Positions 50,390-59,590 of a DNA stretch of 64,000 nt are shown one piece after another. The position numbers were made by a program, and so were the translations under genes. The notes beneath the pieces are model-generated. The model saw only the letters and a program-made list of their open reading frames with translations, was not told where the DNA came from and made no database searches. Source of the stretch: a virus (Duplodnaviria; Caudoviricetes); IMG/VR virus record IMGVR_UViG_3300033070_001497, positions 32,001 through 96,000 of that record; one strand, 5' to 3'. Within the stretch, counting starts at the first letter, position 1. Each line of letters starts with the position of its first letter.

Positions 50390-52560
50390 TGGCCACAACA
50401 TCAAGGTTCGTCCTCCTTTCCTCATCAGTCCTCCTAGAGTACGTTTACGCCGACCGCTCCGTGTTGAACGATGTGGGTAACCCTTACCGGGTCAACACCA
50501 CGACGTATCCGATATGGAAGCTTGACAACTCCTCCACTGGGTTTGTCCAGATCCTGAACTCGGATTCATCTGAGGTCATCCAAGACGGTTTACCGGTTGG
50601 CACAGGAAACGTAAGGAATCGGTCATGGACCAGGTTGCCAGGCAACAAAGGCGCGCTGCTTGACATCGACAAGGTCGTGTTCTACAACGACTATGATGTC
50701 AACCTCACACCGACCGCATCGCTGCCCATATCTTTCACGAACCCACACGCCCCAGTCTACGACACGATCAAGCTGCACTTGGTCCAAGGGTTCAACTTCC
50801 AGAACCACAAGGGGTTGGCCCTGGAAGTCAAGGCCAAGGACAAGGATGGCGATGATTTCTCACTGTGCAATCTCGTTTACCTTAGGAACGATCTCTGGGA
50901 GACTCTCAACCCATCGCCATTCTTCTTCGCCGGTAGGGTGTATGAGTCCTACCTCGAGGTAAGGGTCCTATCCCTGTACGATCTGGTCTATGACTACTGG
51001 CTTGGATCGTTGGATGGAGACACGGTGGTTGAACGGATCACCGATGGAAACGGAGTCCTACGCACACAGCCCATCCAAATCGAGTTCTCTTGGATCAGGG
51101 AACGCTGGGTCCAGGAAGACCAGGACTATTTTGACCTGACTGAGACTGTCCAAAGGGATATTCCAGTCAGGGACCAGTTCGAGACCATTGCCGCAACAAT
51201 CCAAGAGGCGACAACCGCTGATTACATCGAGTTCTACGCTAGCCACAATGGAGCGATCATCGACCAGTTCATCACCGATCTTAACCGTTCCGGAGGCGAC
51301 TACATCATCCTACATGATCTGAATCTCTTCGAGTACGTCTCTAACCCAGAGGATGGAACGTACCACTGGGTCAAGACGGATGAGCTACAGATCTCACAGG
51401 TCGATGACTTCGATCTCCCAAAGGTGTACCGGCCAGTCATCAAGAACGGCTCGGCCCAATCCTTCAGGATCGATTACGTCGTCAGGCTGTACAACCGGAA
51501 CGACAACAGCCAGGTCTTCAAGGCAGGATCGATGATCTCTTTCGCTACTGCCAAGTACGGCCGCAAGCTGAAGCAGATCAACCTGGGCACCAACCCTATA
51601 CAGACGAAGGTGTACAACCGAAGGACGATCAAGGATTTCTCCGTGATCGCTGATAAGGATCCGCTGGCAGACCAGACGAAGTACATCACTTCCTTCGTGG
51701 ACAGCCAATCGGTCTCAGTTTCCTACCAGTCGGTAGGCGAATCCACCGATTCCACTGTCCAATCAGCCGAATTCGCTAGGGTGAGGTCCAGCTCCGACAA
51801 GTCACAGGTCTATGCCAACGGGTTGGCAAGGATATTCATCCCGGAGACCACGAGCTTCCTACGGTTCGTCATACATCAACGGAGCGATAACGGTGACACC
51901 CTGCTCAACCTGAACAGTATCGGCGACCTGAGCCTGTCATTCTCGTCCGGCAAGGGAGACGAAGTCACGATCGATGAGTTCCCGAGCGTCTTCGCATCTA
52001 AGGGCAATGGAGAGGTCATCTTCAGGATCTCCGACATCCAGGCCAAGTCGATCCTTGGGTTGGAGGATCGCACGTTCAAGATTTTCCTGAAGAACGAGAA
52101 GGGAGATCGGACATTCGTCTACGGTGGCAAATTCTTCTCCGTCAACGAGTACCAGACGCTAGCCGAGACCGATAGGATCACGCTGCTCGAGCGGCAGAAC
52201 AGGTCACAGCTCGACACGATAGAGTCCCTCAAGGACCAAGTCGATTCGCAGCAGGCTCAGATCGCCGATCTTCTCTCGAAGTCGTTGAACCTCTCGAGCA
52301 CGCTTTCCAGCGACGAGGAGTTGATCGCTTCCCTGAAGAGGACGATCCTCGAGATGAGCCGCAAGCAGGCCGAGATCAACGGGAAGATCGACACGAACAC
52401 TGACCGGACCTCTAAGGAGACTGGGATCGTGAAGCCTCCCAAGCCGAAGCCAACCGAAGCCAAGGATCCCACGCGGACTTTCCTCGAATCGAGCCTCTCG
52501 AAGAACAGGGTGAGCGTCGCTAAGGTCGACGCATCGCCCTACAAAGTCACTAAGAAATGA
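50389..52560 (+). CDS. hypothetical (probably structural) protein with C-terminal coiled coil
   Basis: 723 aa, TGATG-coupled. Confidence 0.65.
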   Translation: MATTSRFVLLSSSVLLEYVYADRSVLNDVGNPYRVNTTTYPIWKLDNSSTGFVQILNSDSSEVIQDGLPVGTGNVRNRSWTRLPGNKGALLDIDKVVFYNDYDVNLTPTASLPISFTNPHAPVYDTIKLHLVQGFNFQNHKGLALEVKAKDKDGDDFSLCNLVYLRNDLWETLNPSPFFFAGRVYESYLEVRVLSLYDLVYDYWLGSLDGDTVVERITDGNGVLRTQPIQIEFSWIRERWVQEDQDYFDLTETVQRDIPVRDQFETIAATIQEATTADYIEFYASHNGAIIDQFITDLNRSGGDYIILHDLNLFEYVSNPEDGTYHWVKTDELQISQVDDFDLPKVYRPVIKNGSAQSFRIDYVVRLYNRNDNSQVFKAGSMISFATAKYGRKLKQINLGTNPIQTKVYNRRTIKDFSVIADKDPLADQTKYITSFVDSQSVSVSYQSVGESTDSTVQSAEFARVRSSSDKSQVYANGLARIFIPETTSFLRFVIHQRSDNGDTLLNLNSIGDLSLSFSSGKGDEVTIDEFPSVFASKGNGEVIFRISDIQAKSILGLEDRTFKIFLKNEKGDRTFVYGGKFFSVNEYQTLAETDRITLLERQNRSQLDTIESLKDQVDSQQAQIADLLSKSLNLSSTLSSDEELIASLKRTILEMSRKQAEINGKIDTNTDRTSKETGIVKPPKPKPTEAKDPTRTFLESSLSKNRVSVAKVDASPYKVTKK

Positions 52561-53123
52561 TCCACGGAGCCAGGACTGACGCGTTCAGTTTCAATTTACC
52601 GGTCGTCTTCTTTCCGAGCCACGTCAAGGACAGGTTCACGCCTTACCTCAAGAGGATGCCATCTCCGACGGATAGCATAGTCAGCCTCGTGAATTGGTCG
52701 ATCCAGTCGATCACCGTGCCGGGCATCTCATATTCTCCCGTCGAACAGACAAGGCCTGGGTTCGATGGAAAGGCCAGGGGCACCAGCAGGTATTTCAGGG
52801 GCAGCCGCCACACGGAGACGATGCTCGACAGGAAATTCGAAGTGACCTTTCGAGCGGTGGACGCGTACCTCAACTACTGGATCCTCCTAGAGACTTTCCA
52901 CCACCACTACGCGTTCGACAACGAGAACCCATACACTTGTGACATGGCGGTCTATGTCAAGGACGCCGATGGCTTAGCGCTCTACTCGCTCACGTTCAGG
53001 CACGTCCTATTCACTGGCATCGATCAGATGTCACTGAATTTCAGCGAGCAATCGTTGGATTCGAAGACTTTCAACTGCAGTTTCCAGTTCAACGAGATGG
53101 AGATAGACTTTCCCATCCAGTGA
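52557..53123 (+). CDS. tail tube-like protein (gp19-fold)
   Basis: SIQSITVPGI...FEVTF...F..V..TGI..MSLNF...TFNCSFQFN pattern and size fit tube-fold proteins. Confidence 0.55.
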   Translation: MIHGARTDAFSFNLPVVFFPSHVKDRFTPYLKRMPSPTDSIVSLVNWSIQSITVPGISYSPVEQTRPGFDGKARGTSRYFRGSRHTETMLDRKFEVTFRAVDAYLNYWILLETFHHHYAFDNENPYTCDMAVYVKDADGLALYSLTFRHVLFTGIDQMSLNFSEQSLDSKTFNCSFQFNEMEIDFPIQ

Positions 53124-53127
53124 GGCT

Positions 53128-53134
53128 ATAGATA
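53128..53134 (+). promoter_or_regulatory. putative late promoter ATAGATA
   Basis: TATAGATAG, 18 nt before ATG 53153. Confidence 0.6.
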
Positions 53135-53152
53135 GATTCTAACCTCAGCTAG

Positions 53153-53833
53153 ATGCATCAGCTCGTAGCGGTCGACTTCTCGATGTCGTCCACCGCAGTC
53201 TCAGTCCGAAAGGACAACACCATCACGATCTTCTCGTTCGTCCCAAACTACGATCCTAAGCTATCCAAGTTCAGGCTCCATGGGTCGTTGGCCCCTCACG
53301 TCCAAGTGATCGGCTACGAAAGGGCAGAGAAGGTAGATGGGTACTCTGAGAACGAAGCCATCAAGCTCGGCAATGCACAAAACCTCGCAAAGGCGATAGT
53401 CATGGCCATACGATCGACTGGGGTCCTGAAACCGAGAGTCGCCTTCGAGGGATTCTCTTTCGGATCCAGGGGCTCGTCATTCATCGACCTGATCGTCTTC
53501 AACACGTTCGCAAAGAAGCAGATCATGGACCATTTCTTCTGTCCGATCGAGGTCATATCGCCAGCGACGATCAAGAGGCATTTCTCCGGAAAAGGGAACG
53601 CCACGAAGTCGGAGATGTTCCAGGCTTTCCTTGAGCGGCCATCAGCGTTCCGAGACCACGTCTCATCGCTCGTGGGCCCACTCGCGCCTGAGAAGGACCC
53701 ACCAAAGCCGATAGACGACGTCGTCGACTCATTGGCAATCTTGGGTTGGATGTCAGGAGAAGAACCTAAGGCCCAAGAAAAGGCCCCGAAGGCCAAAAAG
53801 GCCCCGAAGAAGTCCGCCGGTCAGAAGCCCTAA
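53153..53833 (+). CDS. RuvC-like (RNase H fold) Holliday junction resolvase/nuclease
   Basis: VAVDFSMSSTA, AFEGFSFGS, ISPATIKRHFSGKGNATKSEM and DDVVDS catalytic pattern. Confidence 0.8.
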   Translation: MHQLVAVDFSMSSTAVSVRKDNTITIFSFVPNYDPKLSKFRLHGSLAPHVQVIGYERAEKVDGYSENEAIKLGNAQNLAKAIVMAIRSTGVLKPRVAFEGFSFGSRGSSFIDLIVFNTFAKKQIMDHFFCPIEVISPATIKRHFSGKGNATKSEMFQAFLERPSAFRDHVSSLVGPLAPEKDPPKPIDDVVDSLAILGWMSGEEPKAQEKAPKAKKAPKKSAGQKP

Positions 53834-53934
53834 GGTTCATGCCCTTGACTTCTTTGGAAGGTTCAGAAATTCTATGCATCCCATGACAAGTGCAACCACA
53901 TGTCCACAACTATTTACCAGTCAACCATCGACAG

Positions 53935-54053
53935 ATAAATAGGAAAAACACAGAACGCGAATGACAGCATAAAGACGAACCCCAAACCGCACATAAGACA
54001 ACGCAAACCAAACGCCGAAAGGCAAAGAACAGCAAACCAAAAACACAAACCAA
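53935..54053 (+). promoter_or_regulatory. ATAAATA promoter plus A/C-rich unstructured leader of the SSB gene
   Basis: GATAAATAG, then 112 nt with only 3 T, four CAAACC copies and one GCC-GAAA-GGC hairpin. Confidence 0.6.
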
Positions 54054-55013
54054 ATGGACAACAACGACATCTTCAACCTCAAGTTCGACGACTTCGCCAT
54101 CCCAAAGAAGGAGCAGAAGTCCGCGGGTTACAAGCCTGATCCGGCCAAAGCGAAAGACGGAGTCTACAAGGCGATCATCCGCTTCATTCCGAACCTCAAG
54201 GATCCCACGTTCAAGGGATCGGTCATCAGCAAGACCACTTACTGGTTGAAGGACGATCCGAACTCCTTTGGAGTCGATTGCCCAACGTCGATCGGCGAGA
54301 AGTCGATCATCAACGAGACGTTCTGGAAGCTGAAGAACTCAGACAGTGCCTACGAGCAGAACAAGGCGACGCAGCTCCAACGCAAGAAGAAGCACTTCGC
54401 CTACATCTACATCGTGAAGGACTTCCAGGACTCTGAGCTCGACGGCACAGTCCAGCTCTACTCGTTCCCAACGAAGATCTACGAGAAGATCGAGGCCCAG
54501 CTCCAGCCAGACAAGGAAGCGATCGAAATGGGCGCCGAACCGGCGAACATCTTCGACTTCTTCGAAGGCAAGGACTTCCTCCTCAAGATCAAGGTGAAGG
54601 CCGACTACTGGAACTACGACGACTGCCAATTCGTCGCCAACAAGAGCGCGATCAAGGTGAATGGCACCGTCATGGAGCGCAACCAGGAGTGCTTCGAACA
54701 GATCAAGAAGCTCTACGACAACGTTCGTCCTCTCGAGGACTTCAAGTACAAGCCATGGGATAGCGAGACGCGCGCGAAGGTGCATGCGTTCCTCCACGAG
54801 CTGACGGGCGGCAACGTCCCATCGGCGGCGATCTCGAAGGTCTCCAAGCCAGATGCCAAGCCGACCGGCAAGCCAGCTGCGGTGCACGCTGACACGTCGG
54901 CCGAAGGATCTGACCTTGTGCTCGAGAAGAACGATGCCGATGAGAAGTCCACTGCTCCTAGCTCCGAAGAAGGAGAGGACATGGAAAGCTTCCTCAAGCA
55001 GTTCGAGGCCTGA
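54054..55013 (+). CDS. single-stranded DNA-binding protein, T4 gp32-like
   Basis: AIIRFIP, CPTSIGE, YIYIVKD...GTVQLYSFPTKIYEKI, IFDFFEGKDFLLKI, NYDDCQF, acidic C-terminal tail. Confidence 0.9.
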   Translation: MDNNDIFNLKFDDFAIPKKEQKSAGYKPDPAKAKDGVYKAIIRFIPNLKDPTFKGSVISKTTYWLKDDPNSFGVDCPTSIGEKSIINETFWKLKNSDSAYEQNKATQLQRKKKHFAYIYIVKDFQDSELDGTVQLYSFPTKIYEKIEAQLQPDKEAIEMGAEPANIFDFFEGKDFLLKIKVKADYWNYDDCQFVANKSAIKVNGTVMERNQECFEQIKKLYDNVRPLEDFKYKPWDSETRAKVHAFLHELTGGNVPSAAISKVSKPDAKPTGKPAAVHADTSAEGSDLVLEKNDADEKSTAPSSEEGEDMESFLKQFEA

Positions 55014-55034
55014 TCACATCTGAAAGCAGCAGAG

Positions 55035-55061
55035 AAGAGGAGAGCGAAAGCTCTCCTCTTT
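55035..55061 (+). terminator. intrinsic terminator-like hairpin
   Basis: AAGAGGAGAGC-GAAA-GCTCTCCTCTT: perfect 11-bp stem after the SSB gene. Confidence 0.75.
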
Positions 55062-55074
55062 CAGCATCACAGAG

Positions 55075-56115
55075 ATGGTATCCAGGGAAAAGCTAACATC
55101 GAAGGTTCAACAGATCCTCGACGACCGGTTCACCGGCGATAGGGCCAAGGTAAGGGCCTTCCACGACCGTCTCAACTTCGCGTGCCCCTACTGTGGCGAT
55201 TCGTCAGACGACAGTCGAAAGAAAAGGGCAAACATCTACTGGAAGAACTACAGCTTCCACTGCTTCAATGGCGGTTGCCCTAACCCATCATCGACCCTTC
55301 TCAAGTTCTTCGCCGATCATGGCCAAAGGATCGGTGACATAGGCGACATCGATGAGATCTCGTCTGTCATCCATGAGGCAAGGAACAGCGCGAAGCGCTC
55401 GAGCTCCATCGAGTTCAACCAGTTCATCGAGCTCGAGCGCTGGGCGGTACCAATGCAGGAGATCGACCGGGCATTAGGGCTCACGAGTGTGGATGGCTCG
55501 GCCTTTGCAGCTGAATACCTCCGTTCCAGGAAGATCTCTGGGCACAGGGAGATGCTGAGGTTCGGCAAGCGGGATAGATGCATCTACATCTTCAACCTGA
55601 CCGCTGACCACAGCTCAGCGATAGGGTACCAGATCGCCAAGCTCGGAGGCCCATCGAAGTACCTCTCGTTCAACCTCGAACGGTTGAACTTCGAGGTCGG
55701 AAGGAAAGTCGAGTTGGATCCAGAGACACTCGCACGGACAAACACACTGAGCCTCTTCTTCGGCCTTCTGCAGTGCGATTTCTCGAGGCCGGTCACGATC
55801 TTCGAGGGAGTGTTCGATTCCCTTTTCATGGAGAACTCCATCGCGGCGGCTGGCCTCAAGCGCGATCTCTCGCTCTTCAGCGGCAACAACTCGAGGTTCA
55901 TGCTCGACAACGACCAAAGCGGATTCACAGTCGCTAAGGATCTCCTCAAATCGAGGCAATCGGTCTTCATGTGGAAGAAGTTCCTCCGTGAATGCGGGAT
56001 GGACACCTCCATAAAGGACCTCAACCAATTCGTCATAGAGTCACATGGCAGCACGGCGCAAAAGGATCCAGGACAGTACTTTACTCGAGATCCTCTCGAC
56101 CTCATCTACGTCTGA
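55075..56115 (+). CDS. DNA primase, T4 gp61-like
   Basis: NFACPYCGDS...KKRA...FHCFN zinc domain; Toprim IFEGVFDSLF and LDND; KDLN. Confidence 0.88.
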   Translation: MVSREKLTSKVQQILDDRFTGDRAKVRAFHDRLNFACPYCGDSSDDSRKKRANIYWKNYSFHCFNGGCPNPSSTLLKFFADHGQRIGDIGDIDEISSVIHEARNSAKRSSSIEFNQFIELERWAVPMQEIDRALGLTSVDGSAFAAEYLRSRKISGHREMLRFGKRDRCIYIFNLTADHSSAIGYQIAKLGGPSKYLSFNLERLNFEVGRKVELDPETLARTNTLSLFFGLLQCDFSRPVTIFEGVFDSLFMENSIAAAGLKRDLSLFSGNNSRFMLDNDQSGFTVAKDLLKSRQSVFMWKKFLRECGMDTSIKDLNQFVIESHGSTAQKDPGQYFTRDPLDLIYV

Positions 56116-56281
56116 TAGGAAGCCCAAGAAGAGGGCCAAGCCGAGCTTCAACGGTGGATTGTTGGATGAGGTGGAATTCAGTGGATTTGAGCTTCGCGAC
56201 GGGATTCCGGGCATAGAACCCGAGCCAATCAAGCGGAGTCGCACATTCACTAAGAAGGACAAAGGGTCCAAGCTTTTCTGA
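56108..56281 (+). CDS. small basic hypothetical protein (start uncertain, possibly ACG at 56108)
   Basis: Fills the primase-UvsY gap and ends in TGATG coupling; SDRKPKKRAK...GSKLF. Confidence 0.45.
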   Translation, partial: TSDRKPKKRAKPSFNGGLLDEVEFSGFELRDGIPGIEPEPIKRSRTFTKKDKGSKLF

Positions 56282-56763
56282 TGGAAACCAAGCCGGTCGA
56301 GGACACACAAAGGATCACCGAGGAGCAGAAGTGCGACAAGCTGGACGAGGTCTTCAAGACGGAGCGCGACAAGTGGTCGGTCCTGATCAAGGACCTCGTT
56401 GCCAAGGTGAAGGACGTGACCGCGATCACTGAGGCCCAGGCCACGATGCTCTCTTACCGGCACATCTTCAACGACCAGATCGCGAAGTACAGATCCACCC
56501 TCGCGAAGAGGAAGGCCGGTAATTCCAAGCAGTGGCAGATCAGGTTCAACTACTACAAGACCCCGAACCCTAACCTCCAGATCCGTTACCAGGATAGGGA
56601 GCTCCAGGAGCACATCAAAGCCGACCTCGCGTTCCGCACGAGGGAGAACGACATCCTCATGAACCAGATCACTTGGTTCGAGGACGCCGTCCAGACGATG
56701 GACAAGCTAGGCTACTCGATCAAGGTTGCCGTGGACCTGGAAACAAAGCTCAAGTACCATTGA
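56281..56763 (+). CDS. uvsY: recombination mediator, UvsY-like
   Basis: Helical; HIKADL...QITWFEDAVQTMDKLGYSIKVAVDL resembles the UvsY C-terminus; adjacent to UvsW. Confidence 0.6.
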   Translation: METKPVEDTQRITEEQKCDKLDEVFKTERDKWSVLIKDLVAKVKDVTAITEAQATMLSYRHIFNDQIAKYRSTLAKRKAGNSKQWQIRFNYYKTPNPNLQIRYQDRELQEHIKADLAFRTRENDILMNQITWFEDAVQTMDKLGYSIKVAVDLETKLKYH

Positions 56764-58268
56764 TCTGGAAGCTCATCAATGGCGATAGGACGCTGTGCTT
56801 GGTCGAGGCCAGCAAGCTGGAGGTAGACCAGCTCCGGCTCTCCTTCACGAAGACGATCCCAACCGCAAGGTTCGATCCAAGGGTGAGGGCTGGCCACTGG
56901 GATGGCAAGATCTCGTACTTTCGGTCTGACCGTTACCTGCCTTCGGGGCTATGGGGAGAGCTGGTGGAGATGGCGGAATCGTTCGACTTCAGCCTGGAGA
57001 TCGAGGACATCGAGCGCCTGTTCGACCACTCGATAGACGAGCAGGAGTTCAAATCCTGGGTGGAATCGAAGTGGAAGGATGCAGAGCTCAAGCCGCGCGA
57101 TTACCAGATCCAGTCGGCCTACAAGATCCTGAGGACCAGGAATTGTCTCTCTGAGCTCGCGACCTCGGCCGGTAAGTCTCTCATCATCTACATGGTCCTG
57201 GGGTACCTGTTGGAACGCGGTGATTCCAAGAGGGTCCTCATGATCGTCCCGAACACTGACCTGGTGATCCAGGCCTCCGAGGACTTCGAGCAGTACAACT
57301 CCGAATCGGTCAGGGTCGACCTGAACATCCAGCAGATCTACGGCGGCTCCAAACTCAAGGAATCCTCGAACGTTGTCATCGGCACCTACCAGTCGCTGAT
57401 CAACAAGACCGAGGCCTACTTCGTGCACTTCGACACCGTCGTCGTGGACGAGACCCACCGTGCCAAGGGCTACTCGATCAGGAGCATCCTCGAGAAGTGC
57501 ATCAACTCCACACGAAGGTTCGGCCTCTCTGGGACGATCCCTAAGGTCGGTACCCTTGACCGGTTGACCATCATGTCGTACACCGGCCCGGTCGTGAGCA
57601 CCGTCAAGGCCGATTTCCTTTCGAAGAAGGGGTACATCTCCAAGTGCAAGGTGATCGTGGTGGAGATGGACTATGCGGCCAAGGAGGTCAAGGAGGCATT
57701 CGAGACGATCTACGACAGTGGGCCAGACCAACGCAAGACACTTTTCAACCTCGAGAAGAACTATGCGATCGAGTCCAAGGGCAGGCTATCGTTCATCACA
57801 GATTTCATCCTCAAGGTCAGGAAGAATTCGCTAGTCCTCTTCCACCGGGTCGAGTATGGGCAGGCCCTGTACAACGCCCTCAGGGCCAAGACGGAGAGGC
57901 CGGTGTTCCACATCGACGGAGGGACCGAGAAGGATTTCCGGGAATCATTCAAGGATGACATGGAGGAAGGCGTCGACAAGATCATGGTCGCCTCGTTCGG
58001 AACGTTCTCCACTGGCATCAACGTCAAGAACATCCATGCGGTCTTCCTGACCGAATCCTTCAAATCGGAGGTCATCATCCGTCAGAGCATTGGCCGTGGG
58101 CTCAGGCTCCACGACGATAAGGACCGGTTGCTGGTGATCGACTTTGCGGACGATTACTCGATCAACTCGTTCGAGAACTATCTCATGGACCACTCCAAGG
58201 AGCGTAGGGCCATCTACAAACAGGAGAAGTTCCCATTCGAGGTGCGTCGGGTCAAGTTCGAAGCGTGA
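56760..58268 (+). CDS. uvsW: SF2 DNA helicase, UvsW-like
   Basis: WDGKISYF, PRDYQ, ATSAGKS, DETH, GLSGT, GTFSTGINVKN, QSIGRGLR. Start re-called at TTG 56760 (TTGA overlap). Confidence 0.92.
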   Translation: MIWKLINGDRTLCLVEASKLEVDQLRLSFTKTIPTARFDPRVRAGHWDGKISYFRSDRYLPSGLWGELVEMAESFDFSLEIEDIERLFDHSIDEQEFKSWVESKWKDAELKPRDYQIQSAYKILRTRNCLSELATSAGKSLIIYMVLGYLLERGDSKRVLMIVPNTDLVIQASEDFEQYNSESVRVDLNIQQIYGGSKLKESSNVVIGTYQSLINKTEAYFVHFDTVVVDETHRAKGYSIRSILEKCINSTRRFGLSGTIPKVGTLDRLTIMSYTGPVVSTVKADFLSKKGYISKCKVIVVEMDYAAKEVKEAFETIYDSGPDQRKTLFNLEKNYAIESKGRLSFITDFILKVRKNSLVLFHRVEYGQALYNALRAKTERPVFHIDGGTEKDFRESFKDDMEEGVDKIMVASFGTFSTGINVKNIHAVFLTESFKSEVIIRQSIGRGLRLHDDKDRLLVIDFADDYSINSFENYLMDHSKERRAIYKQEKFPFEVRRVKFEA

Positions 58269-58277
58269 CCCAGACCG

Positions 58278-58284
58278 ATAGATA
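58278..58284 (+). promoter_or_regulatory. putative late promoter ATAGATA
   Basis: 4 nt before ATG 58289; context ATAGATAAGCCATG is identical to 9837-9850. Confidence 0.7.
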
Positions 58285-58288
58285 AGCC

Positions 58289-58510
58289 ATGCTACGCTAC
58301 GGCCAGTTCGTCGCCCTCAACAAGGACATCACTGCCAAGAAGGACCTCGAGAACCGCCAGAACGAGTACAACCGTTTTGCGTCCGAGGCGCTTTCCAAGT
58401 TTGGGGCTTCGACGATCCATGATCTCACGGACGAGGACTATGACCTCTTCTTGGAAGAAATGAAGCGTTACAGGCGGGCTAAGATGGTCTCCGAAACCAA
58501 AGGCCGGTGA
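58289..58510 (+). CDS. small hypothetical protein (paralogue of 8515..8748)
   Basis: Late motif upstream; MLRYGQFVALN N-terminus. Confidence 0.75.
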   Translation: MLRYGQFVALNKDITAKKDLENRQNEYNRFASEALSKFGASTIHDLTDEDYDLFLEEMKRYRRAKMVSETKGR

Positions 58511-59589
58511 AAAACTTACGCGACACATATCTGGAGCTCGGGGCCTCAGGGTTCAGGAGCTTGATGAGAGAGCACATAAGCGTCATCGAGCGCTTCGACG
58601 CCCCGAAGATCCGGGTCTGGAAGGACGGGGAATCCCTAGCCTTTGGCAAACGAGACAGGGACCTGAACCTCATCGACCGGGTCCTGGATCCCAGCATCTC
58701 GGGGCCAATGGCCGTCCTGGAATCGATGGATCGATCCGTCTTCCAGGATGGGTTCGTCTACGAGTTCAGCTGCTTCGATTCGGTGAAGCCGGTATCCTTC
58801 GAGTATGAGAGGATGCCCAAGGATGGGTTGGTCTACATGTGCAAGCGCAAGGGCCAATCGATAATCGAGAGGCCCGACTTTGACATGCAGTTCGAGAGCG
58901 CCGTCCTTTGGCAGGGCAACCTGAGCGATAGGATGGTCGACCAGTTCGTCGGGATCGCCAAGGCTTCGCTCTCCGCTGGCATCGGTCCAAGCCGCGTGCT
59001 GGAGATCGTTGGCGCCACCCCGACGTTGAACGAGTCTGCGACCTATGGGCTGGTCATCAGGGCCGGCAAATGGAACCCCGTCTATTTCTCCATCAACGAC
59101 TCGGTGAACGAATCGTTCCGTGAGAATGCGATCCAACGCAGGGACCCTATCGATTTCCATGGGATCATCCTCTGTGACTTCATCGATTTCTGTGAGGTTG
59201 GAGCAAAGCTCGATGAGGCTATAGGGCACGTCGGAGACGTGCACGAGAGGTTCCTGACCTCAGTCTCTAACCTTTACCTGCAGTACATGGCCGACCGGCC
59301 TGGGATCTTCGATGGGGTCGAGATCTCCGATCGCGATTTTGGCGTGGACGAGAAACTGATCATGCCCGAGGTCTCGGAGACATTCAAGGGCCACGTGAAC
59401 AACAAGAAGGTGTTCCAGATGATCCTCCAGTCCCTCTACTCCCCGAAGAAGAAACCGACTGGGACCCTGACCGAATCCATCCTTCAGACTATAAATAGGA
59501 TCCGGAACCGGATCACCGAAGCGATAAGGATCACGTCAGGCGATGAACCCATCACTTTCTCCGAGTACCTCCTAACAAAAAAGATCTGA
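58507..59589 (+). CDS. hypothetical protein
   Basis: GTGA-coupled 360-aa ORF. Confidence 0.7.
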   Translation: MKNLRDTYLELGASGFRSLMREHISVIERFDAPKIRVWKDGESLAFGKRDRDLNLIDRVLDPSISGPMAVLESMDRSVFQDGFVYEFSCFDSVKPVSFEYERMPKDGLVYMCKRKGQSIIERPDFDMQFESAVLWQGNLSDRMVDQFVGIAKASLSAGIGPSRVLEIVGATPTLNESATYGLVIRAGKWNPVYFSINDSVNESFRENAIQRRDPIDFHGIILCDFIDFCEVGAKLDEAIGHVGDVHERFLTSVSNLYLQYMADRPGIFDGVEISDRDFGVDEKLIMPEVSETFKGHVNNKKVFQMILQSLYSPKKKPTGTLTESILQTINRIRNRITEAIRITSGDEPITFSEYLLTKKI

Positions 59590-59590
59590 T

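Noticed and set aside
53834-53934. Possible tRNA or structured ncRNA in the largest intergenic gap
   Set aside because: No cloverleaf or T-loop motif and only weak pairing seen by eye; a covariance-model search would be needed.
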